The notes under the pieces were generated by a model. That model saw nothing but the letters and a program-made list of their open reading frames with translations, was not told the DNA's origin and did not search any database. A DNA stretch of 64,000 nucleotides from Gemmatimonadota bacterium. GTDB taxonomy: Bacteria > Gemmatimonadota > Gemmatimonadetes > Gemmatimonadales > Gemmatimonadaceae. The stretch lies in assembly GCA_040389905.1 (NCBI GenBank), contig JAZJZK010000014.1:160001-224000 (forward strand), written 5' to 3'. Below, in pieces: positions 20,588-28,254 of this stretch (its first letter is position 1; every line of letters begins with the position of its first letter). The translations under genes were made by a program, and so were the position numbers.

Positions 20588-21619
20588 GTGGGGCCCTCGT
20601 GGAGGTACAGTTTGTACGCTACGCGTCTGCTGTTTTCCAGTGCGGTATTCGTGGGTATCGCTCCGGCGATTCTGTGTGCGCAGGCGCCGACGATCGAGCG
20701 ACTCGAACCAGCGCTTGACGCGTTGATCGCCTCCGATGCGCGCGTCGAGAAGCTCGCCGAGGGGTTTCAGTGGTCGGAGGGGCCAGCATGGAACGTGAAG
20801 GGCGGCTACCTCCTCTTCAGCGATGTTCCCGCCAATACGATCTACAAGTGGAAGCAGGGCGAAGGCCTGAGCGTGTACCTCCGTCCAGCCGGCTACACCG
20901 GCCCGAATCCTCCCGGCCGGGAGCTGGGGAGCAATGGGCTGACGTTCGACCGCAGTGGTGCGCTCGTGATGGCCGATCATGGCAACCGGCAGATCGCCCG
21001 CCTCGATACGACCAAATACACCAAGACGACGCTCGCCAACCGCTTCGAGGGCAAGCGTCTCAATAGCCCGAACGACGTGGTGTTCCGCGCAAACGGTGAT
21101 GCGTACTTCACTGATCCGCCCTTCGGGCTGTGGAAGCTCAACGCCGACACGGCCAAGGAGCTTTCGTTCAGCGGTGTCTATCGTGTGACGCCGAGCGGAC
21201 AGATCACGCTCCTGACCAAGGAGCTCGGATTTCCGAACGGCATCGCTTTCTCGCCGGACGAGAAGACGCTGTATGTCTCCAACGCGGCGGGCGACCGGCC
21301 GATCTGGATGGCGTACGACGTTCAGCCGGATGGCAGCGTCGCGAGAGGGCGCGTGCTGTTCGACGCGTCTGCACAAGTGAAAGCAGGACGGAGGGGCGTG
21401 CCCGATGGCATGCGCGTGGACAAGCTCGGAAACCTGTTCGCGGCAGGTCCAGGTGGCGTTTACATCATCTCGCCGCAGGGCCGTCACCTCGGTACGATCC
21501 TCACCGGAATGCCCACGGCCAATTGCGCCTTCGGCGACGATGGCTCGATGCTCTACATCACGGCGAATAACCAACTCCTTCGCGTGCGCGTGAAGACGAA
21601 GGGTGTTGGCTTCCCATAA
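20588..21619 (+). CDS. SMP-30/gluconolactonase family protein
   Basis: EGPAW, GSNGL, NSPND, PNGIAFSPD, PDGM, NCAFG. Start uncertain. Confidence 0.95.
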   Translation: MGPSWRYSLYATRLLFSSAVFVGIAPAILCAQAPTIERLEPALDALIASDARVEKLAEGFQWSEGPAWNVKGGYLLFSDVPANTIYKWKQGEGLSVYLRPAGYTGPNPPGRELGSNGLTFDRSGALVMADHGNRQIARLDTTKYTKTTLANRFEGKRLNSPNDVVFRANGDAYFTDPPFGLWKLNADTAKELSFSGVYRVTPSGQITLLTKELGFPNGIAFSPDEKTLYVSNAAGDRPIWMAYDVQPDGSVARGRVLFDASAQVKAGRRGVPDGMRVDKLGNLFAAGPGGVYIISPQGRHLGTILTGMPTANCAFGDDGSMLYITANNQLLRVRVKTKGVGFP

Positions 21620-21648
21620 GACCCTCTGAAGAACGGAGACATCGCGAC

Positions 21649-22755
21649 ATGAGTCAGGAGCACGAAAGCCGCAGGGAGTTCGTCAAGCGCGCTGCGCTCG
21701 TTGGTGCTGGAGCGCCATTCCTCAGCAGCCACCTCGCGGATCTGGCGATGGGCTTTCAGGGCAAGCCACTCGGCGTCGCCCTCGTCGGATTGGGCAGCCT
21801 GAGCACGAACCAGATTGCGCCCGCACTCCAGAAGACGAAAAACTGCCGGCTCGCGGGGATCGTCACCGGCACGCCGGCGAAAGCCGCGAAATGGAAGGCG
21901 GCGTACAACATTCCGGACAAGAGCATCTACGACTACAAAACGATGAGCCGGATGGCGGACAATCCCGACATCGACATCGTGTACGTGGTGACGCCGAACG
22001 CGCTGCACGCCGACCACTCGATCGCGGCCGCGCGGGCCGGCAAGCACGTGCTCTGTGAGAAGCCGATGGAGATTTCGGTCCAGCGCTGCAATGAGATGAT
22101 CGCGGCGAGCAAGAAGGCCGGGAAGCAACTCGCGATCGGCTATCGCTGCCAGTTCGAGCCGCACCACCTCGAAGCGATGCGGCTGGTGAAGGCGAAACAG
22201 TTCGGCGACCTGCGCTTGATCGACGCGGCATTCGGATTTTCGATCGGCGATCCAACACAGTGGCGGCTGAACAAGACCCTGTCGGGCGGCGGTCCGCTGA
22301 TGGATGTCGGCATCTATGCGCTCCAATCGGCGCGCATGCTGACGGGCGAGGAACCGGTGAAGGTTTCCGCGATCGCGACCAAGACCGATCCGGTGAAGTT
22401 CAAGACGGTCGAAGAGACGATGACCTTCGAGCTCACCTTTCCGAGCGGCGTGCTGGCCCACTGCGCCACGACGTACAAGATCAATGGCCTGAATCGCTTC
22501 ACGGCAATCGGTGACCGGGGTGCACTCGGCATGGAGCCGGCGTACAACTACAATGGCAACCGCGGTTGGCGGAGCGATGGCCAGCCGCTCAAGTTCGACG
22601 AGATCGACGTCTTCGCTGCGGAGATGGATGACTTCGCGCGGTGCATCCGGAGCAATGTGCGGTCAAAGGTGTCTGGCGAAGAGGGACTGCGCGATGTTCG
22701 GCTGCTGATGGCGATTTACGAAGCGGCGCGGACGGGACGGGCGGTGTCTGTTTAA
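21649..22755 (+). CDS. Gfo/Idh/MocA oxidoreductase (glucose-fructose oxidoreductase-like), Tat signal
   Basis: SRREFVK Tat motif, VGLG, TPNALH, LCEKP, GGGPLMDVGIY. Confidence 0.94.
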   Translation: MSQEHESRREFVKRAALVGAGAPFLSSHLADLAMGFQGKPLGVALVGLGSLSTNQIAPALQKTKNCRLAGIVTGTPAKAAKWKAAYNIPDKSIYDYKTMSRMADNPDIDIVYVVTPNALHADHSIAAARAGKHVLCEKPMEISVQRCNEMIAASKKAGKQLAIGYRCQFEPHHLEAMRLVKAKQFGDLRLIDAAFGFSIGDPTQWRLNKTLSGGGPLMDVGIYALQSARMLTGEEPVKVSAIATKTDPVKFKTVEETMTFELTFPSGVLAHCATTYKINGLNRFTAIGDRGALGMEPAYNYNGNRGWRSDGQPLKFDEIDVFAAEMDDFARCIRSNVRSKVSGEEGLRDVRLLMAIYEAARTGRAVSV

Positions 22756-22785
22756 TTCTCTCAACCGCAACGACAACAACAAATG

Positions 22786-22862
22786 AACCACAGAGGACAC
22801 AGAGGACACGGAGGACCGCATTGTTCATGTAGTCCTCTGTGTCCTCTGTGTCCTCTGTGGTT
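22786..22862. repeat. Palindromic 9-mer-repeat element family B (CAGAGGACA)n
   Basis: 31-bp arms 22786-22816 and 22832-22862 with one mismatch, flanked by CAA-rich and GTT-rich tails. Confidence 0.85.
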
Positions 22863-22923
22863 AAGGTTTCCGTTCTTGTTTCTGCTCTTTGTTGTTCGCT
22901 GGTGATGGCCGCGCTAGGATTGC

Positions 22924-23697
22924 GTGATGCACTTTTCCACTCGATTTCGAGCGTGGCTTTTCATTGTTGCGGTGCTGATGTTGGTCGCCGACCATTCCGT
23001 ACTCGCGCAGCCTCCGGTCTGGCGCGCGCGCGGGCAGGTCAACGCCAGCCTTCTCTTCGGCGCGACGGACCAGCAGCTCGTGGGCACCCAGGCGGATCTG
23101 TCTCGTGCTGACAGCACCATCAGGCTCGACGCGCGCGTGCAGTTCCGATATGGCGAGTCGGCCGATGCCAGCGGCGTGCGATCCGTACAGGCGCGAAGCT
23201 GGCTGGGGTCACTCTCGGCCGACGCCCGGCCCTTCGCCCTCGTGACACCGTTCATCCTCGGCACCATCGAATCGAGCTACGAGAAGCGTCTGGCGCATCG
23301 CGAGTCCGGTGGGCTTGGGGTCAAGTGGACGCCCGTGCGATCGTCAACAGCGAATGCGAACTTCAGCGCGGCGTTGCTGGCCGAACATACGACGTCAACA
23401 GCGGCGCCGGCTACGGGCGTTCGCACGGAGACCTCGCTGGCGCGCTGGTCATTTCGCACGAAGGCCGATCGAAAGATCGACCGAGCGTCATTCTCACAGG
23501 CGACGATGTATCAACCGGAGTTCGTGGACCCCTCGCGATTCCTGCTGACGTCGGCGACACAGTTTGCGTATGCGCTCACAGCAGCCTTCGCGGTCACCGT
23601 CTCGCTCAACGACAACTACGACAGCGGCGCCCGAGCGCGTGGTGCGCGCTCCAACACCGACGGACAATTGCTGCTGGGCGCGGCCGTCAGCCGTTAG
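22924..23697 (+). CDS. DUF481-like outer-membrane beta-barrel protein
   Basis: Signal peptide, alternating beta-strand pattern, GGLGVKW and YQP motifs. Confidence 0.75.
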   Translation: MMHFSTRFRAWLFIVAVLMLVADHSVLAQPPVWRARGQVNASLLFGATDQQLVGTQADLSRADSTIRLDARVQFRYGESADASGVRSVQARSWLGSLSADARPFALVTPFILGTIESSYEKRLAHRESGGLGVKWTPVRSSTANANFSAALLAEHTTSTAAPATGVRTETSLARWSFRTKADRKIDRASFSQATMYQPEFVDPSRFLLTSATQFAYALTAAFAVTVSLNDNYDSGARARGARSNTDGQLLLGAAVSR

Positions 23698-23700
23698 CGG

Positions 23701-25008
23701 TCATGGCTGCAGGGACTTCGGCACGAACGTCCCGCCCGTCCGAATAAGATCGAGAATCTCCTTCGAGCGGGCGTTCCACTGTCCCTGTTTCTCAGGTGTG
23801 ATGTGGTTGTGATCGGAGTCGATCATGGGAATCAACTCCTTCGCACCGGGGATCTGATTAAAGGCGGTGATGATACCAACTGGCGTTGCGGTCGTATCGA
23901 TGAAACCCACGGCGATGCACACGGGCGCCTTGATGCGCGACGCGAAGTTCACGGTATCGAAGTAGCGCGCCGCCTCCATCACGTTTGGATCACTCGCCAG
24001 CCAGTTGGGATATCCGGGCGCTCGGCCATGCAACGCGGCGTTGACGTCGGCACCTGACGGCTCGTTGACGACGACCGCGGTGATCTTCGGATTGAGCCCT
24101 GCGGTCACAAGACTCTGCTGCCCACCCATGCTCGTGCCCGTGGCCACCAGAATGCGGCCGTCCCAATCGGGGCGCGAGGCGAGGTAGTCCACCGCGCGCG
24201 TATCGCGAAGGTACATCTTCAGGAAGTACGATGAATCGCGACTCGTATTGCCCACCGCTTGATAGTTGCGTGGCACGTCGGTCGTCTGGTCAGGCGCGAC
24301 GTCATGCGAGTCGACGTTCAGCGTCAACCATCCCTCGGTCGCTCGGCTGGTGGACCATTGCTGCTGAAGCGGATAGACGCCGGCGTACTGGTAAATGACG
24401 AGTGCGGGAAACTTGCCCTCACCTTTGGGCTTGGCGAGGTAGCCCTGCACCGTCGAGCCAAGCGCATTGAGCTTGACGGTGAAGAGTTCGATGTCCGGAA
24501 CCTTGGTCTCAACGGGGGTGAGCACCGGGTTCATCGGAAGTTTCTTTTGCGCCTCGATCTTCTCGTCCCAAAAGTGGTCGAAGTCCGAGGGACGCGGTAC
24601 GACAGGCGCGATCTGCGTAATACCGATGGCGGCGCCGAGGTTGACCGTGGCGCGTGGTCCCGTCGGGCCGGTTCGGACCTGGGCGTACAGCATCGCCGGC
24701 TCCGAGATCTTTTCTTCGAGCTGCGCTGACCCCGTCGAGAAATCGAGGACGCCATAGCGCAGAGTGTCCTTGCGATTCTTCGTGATGACGAAGGGGAATC
24801 CAGCTGGAGGGACGGCGGCGCCGGGGGCCAACGTCACGGTCCAGCCGGCCCGCTCGCCCACGGCGTACATCCCGCTCGCCTTGATGGGCGTGAACACCAG
24901 TTGCGGCGCGGCTGCTGGCGCGGGTTGCTGCGCGACGGCAGGGAGCGCGGCGGCGAGGGCGAGAAAGGCGGCGGCGCGAAATGCGAACAGATGACTTGGT
25001 CGATTCAT
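23701..25008 (-). CDS. Acetylxylan esterase (AXE1 / cephalosporin-C deacetylase family)
   Basis: PSDFDHFW, GTSMGG nucleophile elbow, YFDTVNFASRIK, GFID, C-terminal His. Confidence 0.9.
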   Translation of the reverse strand: MNRPSHLFAFRAAAFLALAAALPAVAQQPAPAAAPQLVFTPIKASGMYAVGERAGWTVTLAPGAAVPPAGFPFVITKNRKDTLRYGVLDFSTGSAQLEEKISEPAMLYAQVRTGPTGPRATVNLGAAIGITQIAPVVPRPSDFDHFWDEKIEAQKKLPMNPVLTPVETKVPDIELFTVKLNALGSTVQGYLAKPKGEGKFPALVIYQYAGVYPLQQQWSTSRATEGWLTLNVDSHDVAPDQTTDVPRNYQAVGNTSRDSSYFLKMYLRDTRAVDYLASRPDWDGRILVATGTSMGGQQSLVTAGLNPKITAVVVNEPSGADVNAALHGRAPGYPNWLASDPNVMEAARYFDTVNFASRIKAPVCIAVGFIDTTATPVGIITAFNQIPGAKELIPMIDSDHNHITPEKQGQWNARSKEILDLIRTGGTFVPKSLQP

Positions 25009-25060
25009 GGGGGAATCATGCAGAAATTGCGGACGCTTCGCTATGCTTGGGCACTGGGGG

Positions 25061-25111
25061 GCGGAACTGCGGAAGGTGGAGGCCCTTCGCTCCGCTCAGG
25101 GCGACAAAACG
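25061..25111 (+). repeat. REP-like element family A
   Basis: gcggaactgcggaaggtggaggcccttcgctccgctcagggcgacaaaacg. Confidence 0.75.
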
Positions 25112-25135
25112 TGCGTGAAGAGCATACTTGATCCT

Positions 25136-26002
25136 ATGAAACGACTCCTTCTTCTGTGCCTCGCCAGCGGTGCGTGTGCTCGACCGGTGGCCATCGCGCC
25201 ACTCCCTGCCCTGCCCTTCGCGACCGACACGGTTCGCGCTCAACAGATATCTGACGGCGTGGTGCGCCGATTCGTCTATTCGCCGCAGGGCCCTTGGGCG
25301 ATTCACGTGCTCGATGTGGACCTTGCACGCTGCAACGCGGGCGTCGCGGTGAAAGGCGTGGACAGTGCTGCGTCGCGGATCAAGACCACCGTGCTGCTCC
25401 GCGATCTCGCGACACGAACCACGGTGTTCGGCGGCGTGAACGCGGATTTCTTCTCACTCGCCAACGGCACGCCGGCGGGGATGCTGATCGTTGACGGCAA
25501 GATGCTGACGCCGCCCTCAGCGCAGCCGGTGCTTGCCTTCGATTCCGCGGGCACACCCCACATCGGTGTGTTCACGCGAACGGCGGGCACACTTCGGCCA
25601 TTCTATCCTCGCGATGCCGTTGGTGGGCGACCACTACTGGTGCGCAACGGCGTGATGGTCTCGAACATCGATAGTGCGGGCGGCGCCGCATTCGCAGCTG
25701 CGCGGCATCCACGCACCGCGGCTGGCATCATGGCGGGAGGGAAACGACTGCTGCTGGTCGTCGTGGATGGACGGCAGGCGCCGTACAGCGACGGCATGAC
25801 GCTTCGCGAGTTGGCGACGCTCATGCTCTCACTCGGCGCGCGTGATGCGGTCAATCTCGATGGTGGGGGATCAACGACGTTGGTCTACGCGGATGCTGCG
25901 CATGGTGGCGCACTCGAGCTCGCGAACCGTCCGTCGGATAAGGAAGGAGAGCGCGGAGTGGGCGATGCGGTGGGAATCGTGCGGCGTTGCGGGGCGCGGT
26001 AG
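25136..26002 (+). CDS. Phosphodiester glycosidase (NAGPA family) lipoprotein
   Basis: VNADFF, RHPRTAAG, VVDGRQ, AVNLDGGGSTT, NRPSD; lipobox-like ASGAC. Confidence 0.92.
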   Translation: MKRLLLLCLASGACARPVAIAPLPALPFATDTVRAQQISDGVVRRFVYSPQGPWAIHVLDVDLARCNAGVAVKGVDSAASRIKTTVLLRDLATRTTVFGGVNADFFSLANGTPAGMLIVDGKMLTPPSAQPVLAFDSAGTPHIGVFTRTAGTLRPFYPRDAVGGRPLLVRNGVMVSNIDSAGGAAFAAARHPRTAAGIMAGGKRLLLVVVDGRQAPYSDGMTLRELATLMLSLGARDAVNLDGGGSTTLVYADAAHGGALELANRPSDKEGERGVGDAVGIVRRCGAR

Positions 26003-26021
26003 CGGCTATGTGACGTCAAAG

Positions 26022-26170
26022 ATCAGATGTGAGCGGAGATCACATCGCGCCAGAAATCAGATGTGAGCGGAGGTCATCTCGCGCCAGAAATCAGATGTGA
26101 CAGGTGCTCAGTGATCAGCCACAGCCTACAGATTCTCAGGGGGTGTGGCGCTTTGGTGCATCGCGCGTCG
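26022..26170 (+). repeat. 34-bp tandem repeat plus one arm of palindromic family C
   Basis: Units 26022-26055, 26056-26089 and a partial unit, then caggtgctcagtgatcagcc shared with 33918. Confidence 0.8.
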
Positions 26171-26240
26171 TGAAGCTCTCCTCTGCGCCCCTGCTCCTCT
26201 GCGTCCTCCGCGTTTTCACGGAGCTTAGCGACGGAACGGC

Positions 26241-27329
26241 TTAGCGGCACTGGCCCTGCGGAACAGCCGTTGGAACGTTTCCAACCGGTGTCCCGAAGTC
26301 GGGCGTGCCATCCGCCTTCCAGCCGAAGCGCTGCATGCGAATGACGCGGTCGCTCCACCCGCGCGCCGGGACGGACTTCGCGTGAAAGACGATCCAGTCC
26401 TCCCTGCCGTCCGGCGACGTCGTGAAGCTCGCATGACCGACACCGAATACTCCGCCGCTGGGCTGACCGGTGAACACTGGCCCCGTCTTGATCCAACTCG
26501 CTGGATCGAGAGGGTCAGCATCTGGCGTCCGACGGCGAAGTAACCCGAGCCTGTAATCGGGCAAGAAGGATTCGCGCGTGGAATACACGATGAACGTGTC
26601 GTTGCCATGCGAGAGGAACTCGGGTCCCTCCTGAAGGTTGAGCTCCGGCCCCAACTCCCATGCTTCGACGGGCGCGCTGATGCGAACGCGATTGGTGGCA
26701 ATCGTCCACGGGTTCGCCATGCGCGCGATGTACAGTTGCTGCGGTGTCACGTGCGTCGAACGGTTCTCGGTCCAGCCCGACCACACCGCGTAGAGTTGTC
26801 CGCGAATGCGGGCGACGGAGAGATCGATCGCCCAGATCGGATTGGTCCGCCCCACGACGTCATTGCCGGTATAGAGCATTCCGCGATCGACGTAGCTACC
26901 CTGCGGGTCGTCGCTCGTTGACTCGAGGACGCCGCTCCGCTGATCTGTAAAGGCAGCGTCCTGTCCTGCTGGACCGGGCATCCCTGCCGCGTAGTAGATG
27001 TACCAGCGTCCGTCGATGAAGTGGAGTTCGGGCGCCCAGACATCCGTGCGGTTCCATCCACTCGACGGCGTGGACCAGACTTTCACCGCGTTCTGCTTCA
27101 GTTTCGTGAGGGTATCCGAGCGGTACACCCAGATTCCGTTGTTGCGAGACTCGACCTGAAAGTAGGATGTGCCCCGACGGGTAACCCAGGGATCGGCGCC
27201 GGGCGCAATGGGGTTGGTGAAGGTCCGGACACACGCCGATGAGGGCGGGTTCGGCGGAGCATAGGCCGACGTGCACGCGGCAGCGACGAGAAGAAGTGGT
27301 AGAAGAATTCCACTCTTGCGAGAATGCAT
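26241..27329 (-). CDS. Glycoside hydrolase family 43 (arabinofuranosidase/xylosidase-like)
   Basis: GADPWV, WAPELH, WAID, EGPE, GHASF; lipoprotein-like signal from ATG 27329. Confidence 0.94.
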   Translation of the reverse strand: MHSRKSGILLPLLLVAAACTSAYAPPNPPSSACVRTFTNPIAPGADPWVTRRGTSYFQVESRNNGIWVYRSDTLTKLKQNAVKVWSTPSSGWNRTDVWAPELHFIDGRWYIYYAAGMPGPAGQDAAFTDQRSGVLESTSDDPQGSYVDRGMLYTGNDVVGRTNPIWAIDLSVARIRGQLYAVWSGWTENRSTHVTPQQLYIARMANPWTIATNRVRISAPVEAWELGPELNLQEGPEFLSHGNDTFIVYSTRESFLPDYRLGLLRRRTPDADPLDPASWIKTGPVFTGQPSGGVFGVGHASFTTSPDGREDWIVFHAKSVPARGWSDRVIRMQRFGWKADGTPDFGTPVGNVPTAVPQGQCR

Positions 27330-27378
27330 GCACACGCGGAACGTCCATGGATTCGACGGTCTCGCCAGTCTCCGGAGT

Positions 27379-27438
27379 ATGGACATGAAGTTTGTCATCG
27401 CCTGCTGCGTCGCGGTTGTCACGGCGTCCGTCGCCTGA
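27379..27438 (+). other. Candidate leader peptide uORF (MDMKFVIACCVAVVTASVA), in frame with speD
   Basis: GGAG at 27374-27377, ATG at 27379/27385, TGA at 27436-27438, speD ATG 9 nt later in the same frame. Confidence 0.4.
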
Positions 27439-27447
27439 TCATCGTCC

Positions 27448-27828
27448 ATGGTAGATAACGCACTGAAGGGCCTCGGAATCCATATCCTCGTGGACATGGA
27501 CGGCTGCGATCCAGCGATCCTGGATGACGAGGCGGCGATCCAGTCATGCCTCATCGAAGCAGCACGGGCGGCTGGCGCATCGATCGTCAGCCACTGTTTC
27601 CACCATTTCAGTCCGCACGGCGTGACGGGTGTGGTCGTGATTGCAGAATCGCACCTTGCGATTCATACGTGGCCAGAGCACGGTTTCGCTGCGGTCGATC
27701 TTTTTTCCTGCGGCGATAAGCTCGACACGGTCGCGTGTGTGTCGTACCTGAAGGTCGCACTTCACAGCCAGCACTGCTCGACCACCGAGATCCGCCGAGG
27801 ACCCGGGACCGCTCAGGCGAATCACTGA
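27448..27828 (+). CDS. speD: S-adenosylmethionine decarboxylase proenzyme (pyruvoyl-dependent)
   Basis: FSPHGVTGVVVIAESHLAIHTWPEHGFAAVDLFSCG with the ES self-cleavage site. Confidence 0.93.
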   Translation: MVDNALKGLGIHILVDMDGCDPAILDDEAAIQSCLIEAARAAGASIVSHCFHHFSPHGVTGVVVIAESHLAIHTWPEHGFAAVDLFSCGDKLDTVACVSYLKVALHSQHCSTTEIRRGPGTAQANH

Positions 27829-27858
27829 CGGCGTCAACGCATCCTGCGTTCCAGACGC

Positions 27859-27914
27859 TCCCCTTGCTTATCTACAAGAAGCTGTCTATCGTCTCTTGTA
27901 GATAAACATGGGAA
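27859..27914. promoter_or_regulatory. Inverted repeat upstream of padR, candidate autoregulatory operator
   Basis: ttatctacaaga (27868-27879) / tcttgtagataa (27894-27905), extendable with mismatches. Confidence 0.65.
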
Positions 27915-27918
27915 GACG

Positions 27919-28248
27919 ATGACGAAACCGACGGATCTCGTCCAGGGCACATTGGACCTGCTCATCATGCGGACCATCGCCCGCGAGCCATTGCACGGCT
28001 GGGCGATCGCGCAGCGCATTCAACTACTCTCGAAGGAAGTGCTCCAGGTCAACCAGGGCTCGCTCTACCCGGCCCTGCAGCGTCTCGAGCGACAGGGGTG
28101 GATCACCGCCGACTGGGGTACGTCGGAGAACAACAGGCGCGCGCGCTTTTACCGCCTCACCGCGCCTGGCACGCAGCGCTTGCAGGAAGAGCGGGCGGAC
28201 TGGGATCGTCTCTCCGCCGCGATCTCGCTCGTCATGCGAACCGCGTAG
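27919..28248 (+). CDS. PadR family transcriptional regulator
   Basis: QGTLDLLI...HGWAIAQRI...[14 protein letters not shown]...[10 protein letters not shown]. Confidence 0.96.
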   Translation: MTKPTDLVQGTLDLLIMRTIAREPLHGWAIAQRIQLLSKEVLQVNQGSLYPALQRLERQGWITADWGTSENNRRARFYRLTAPGTQRLQEERADWDRLSAAISLVMRTA

Positions 28249-28254
28249 CGAGCC

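Noticed and set aside
26022..26100. Possible CRISPR array
   Set aside because: Contiguous 34-bp tandem units with no unique spacers, fewer than three full units, and no cas genes.
27436..27480. Selenocysteine read-through of the TGA before speD
   Set aside because: No SECIS-like hairpin is apparent just downstream, and the position is not catalytic.
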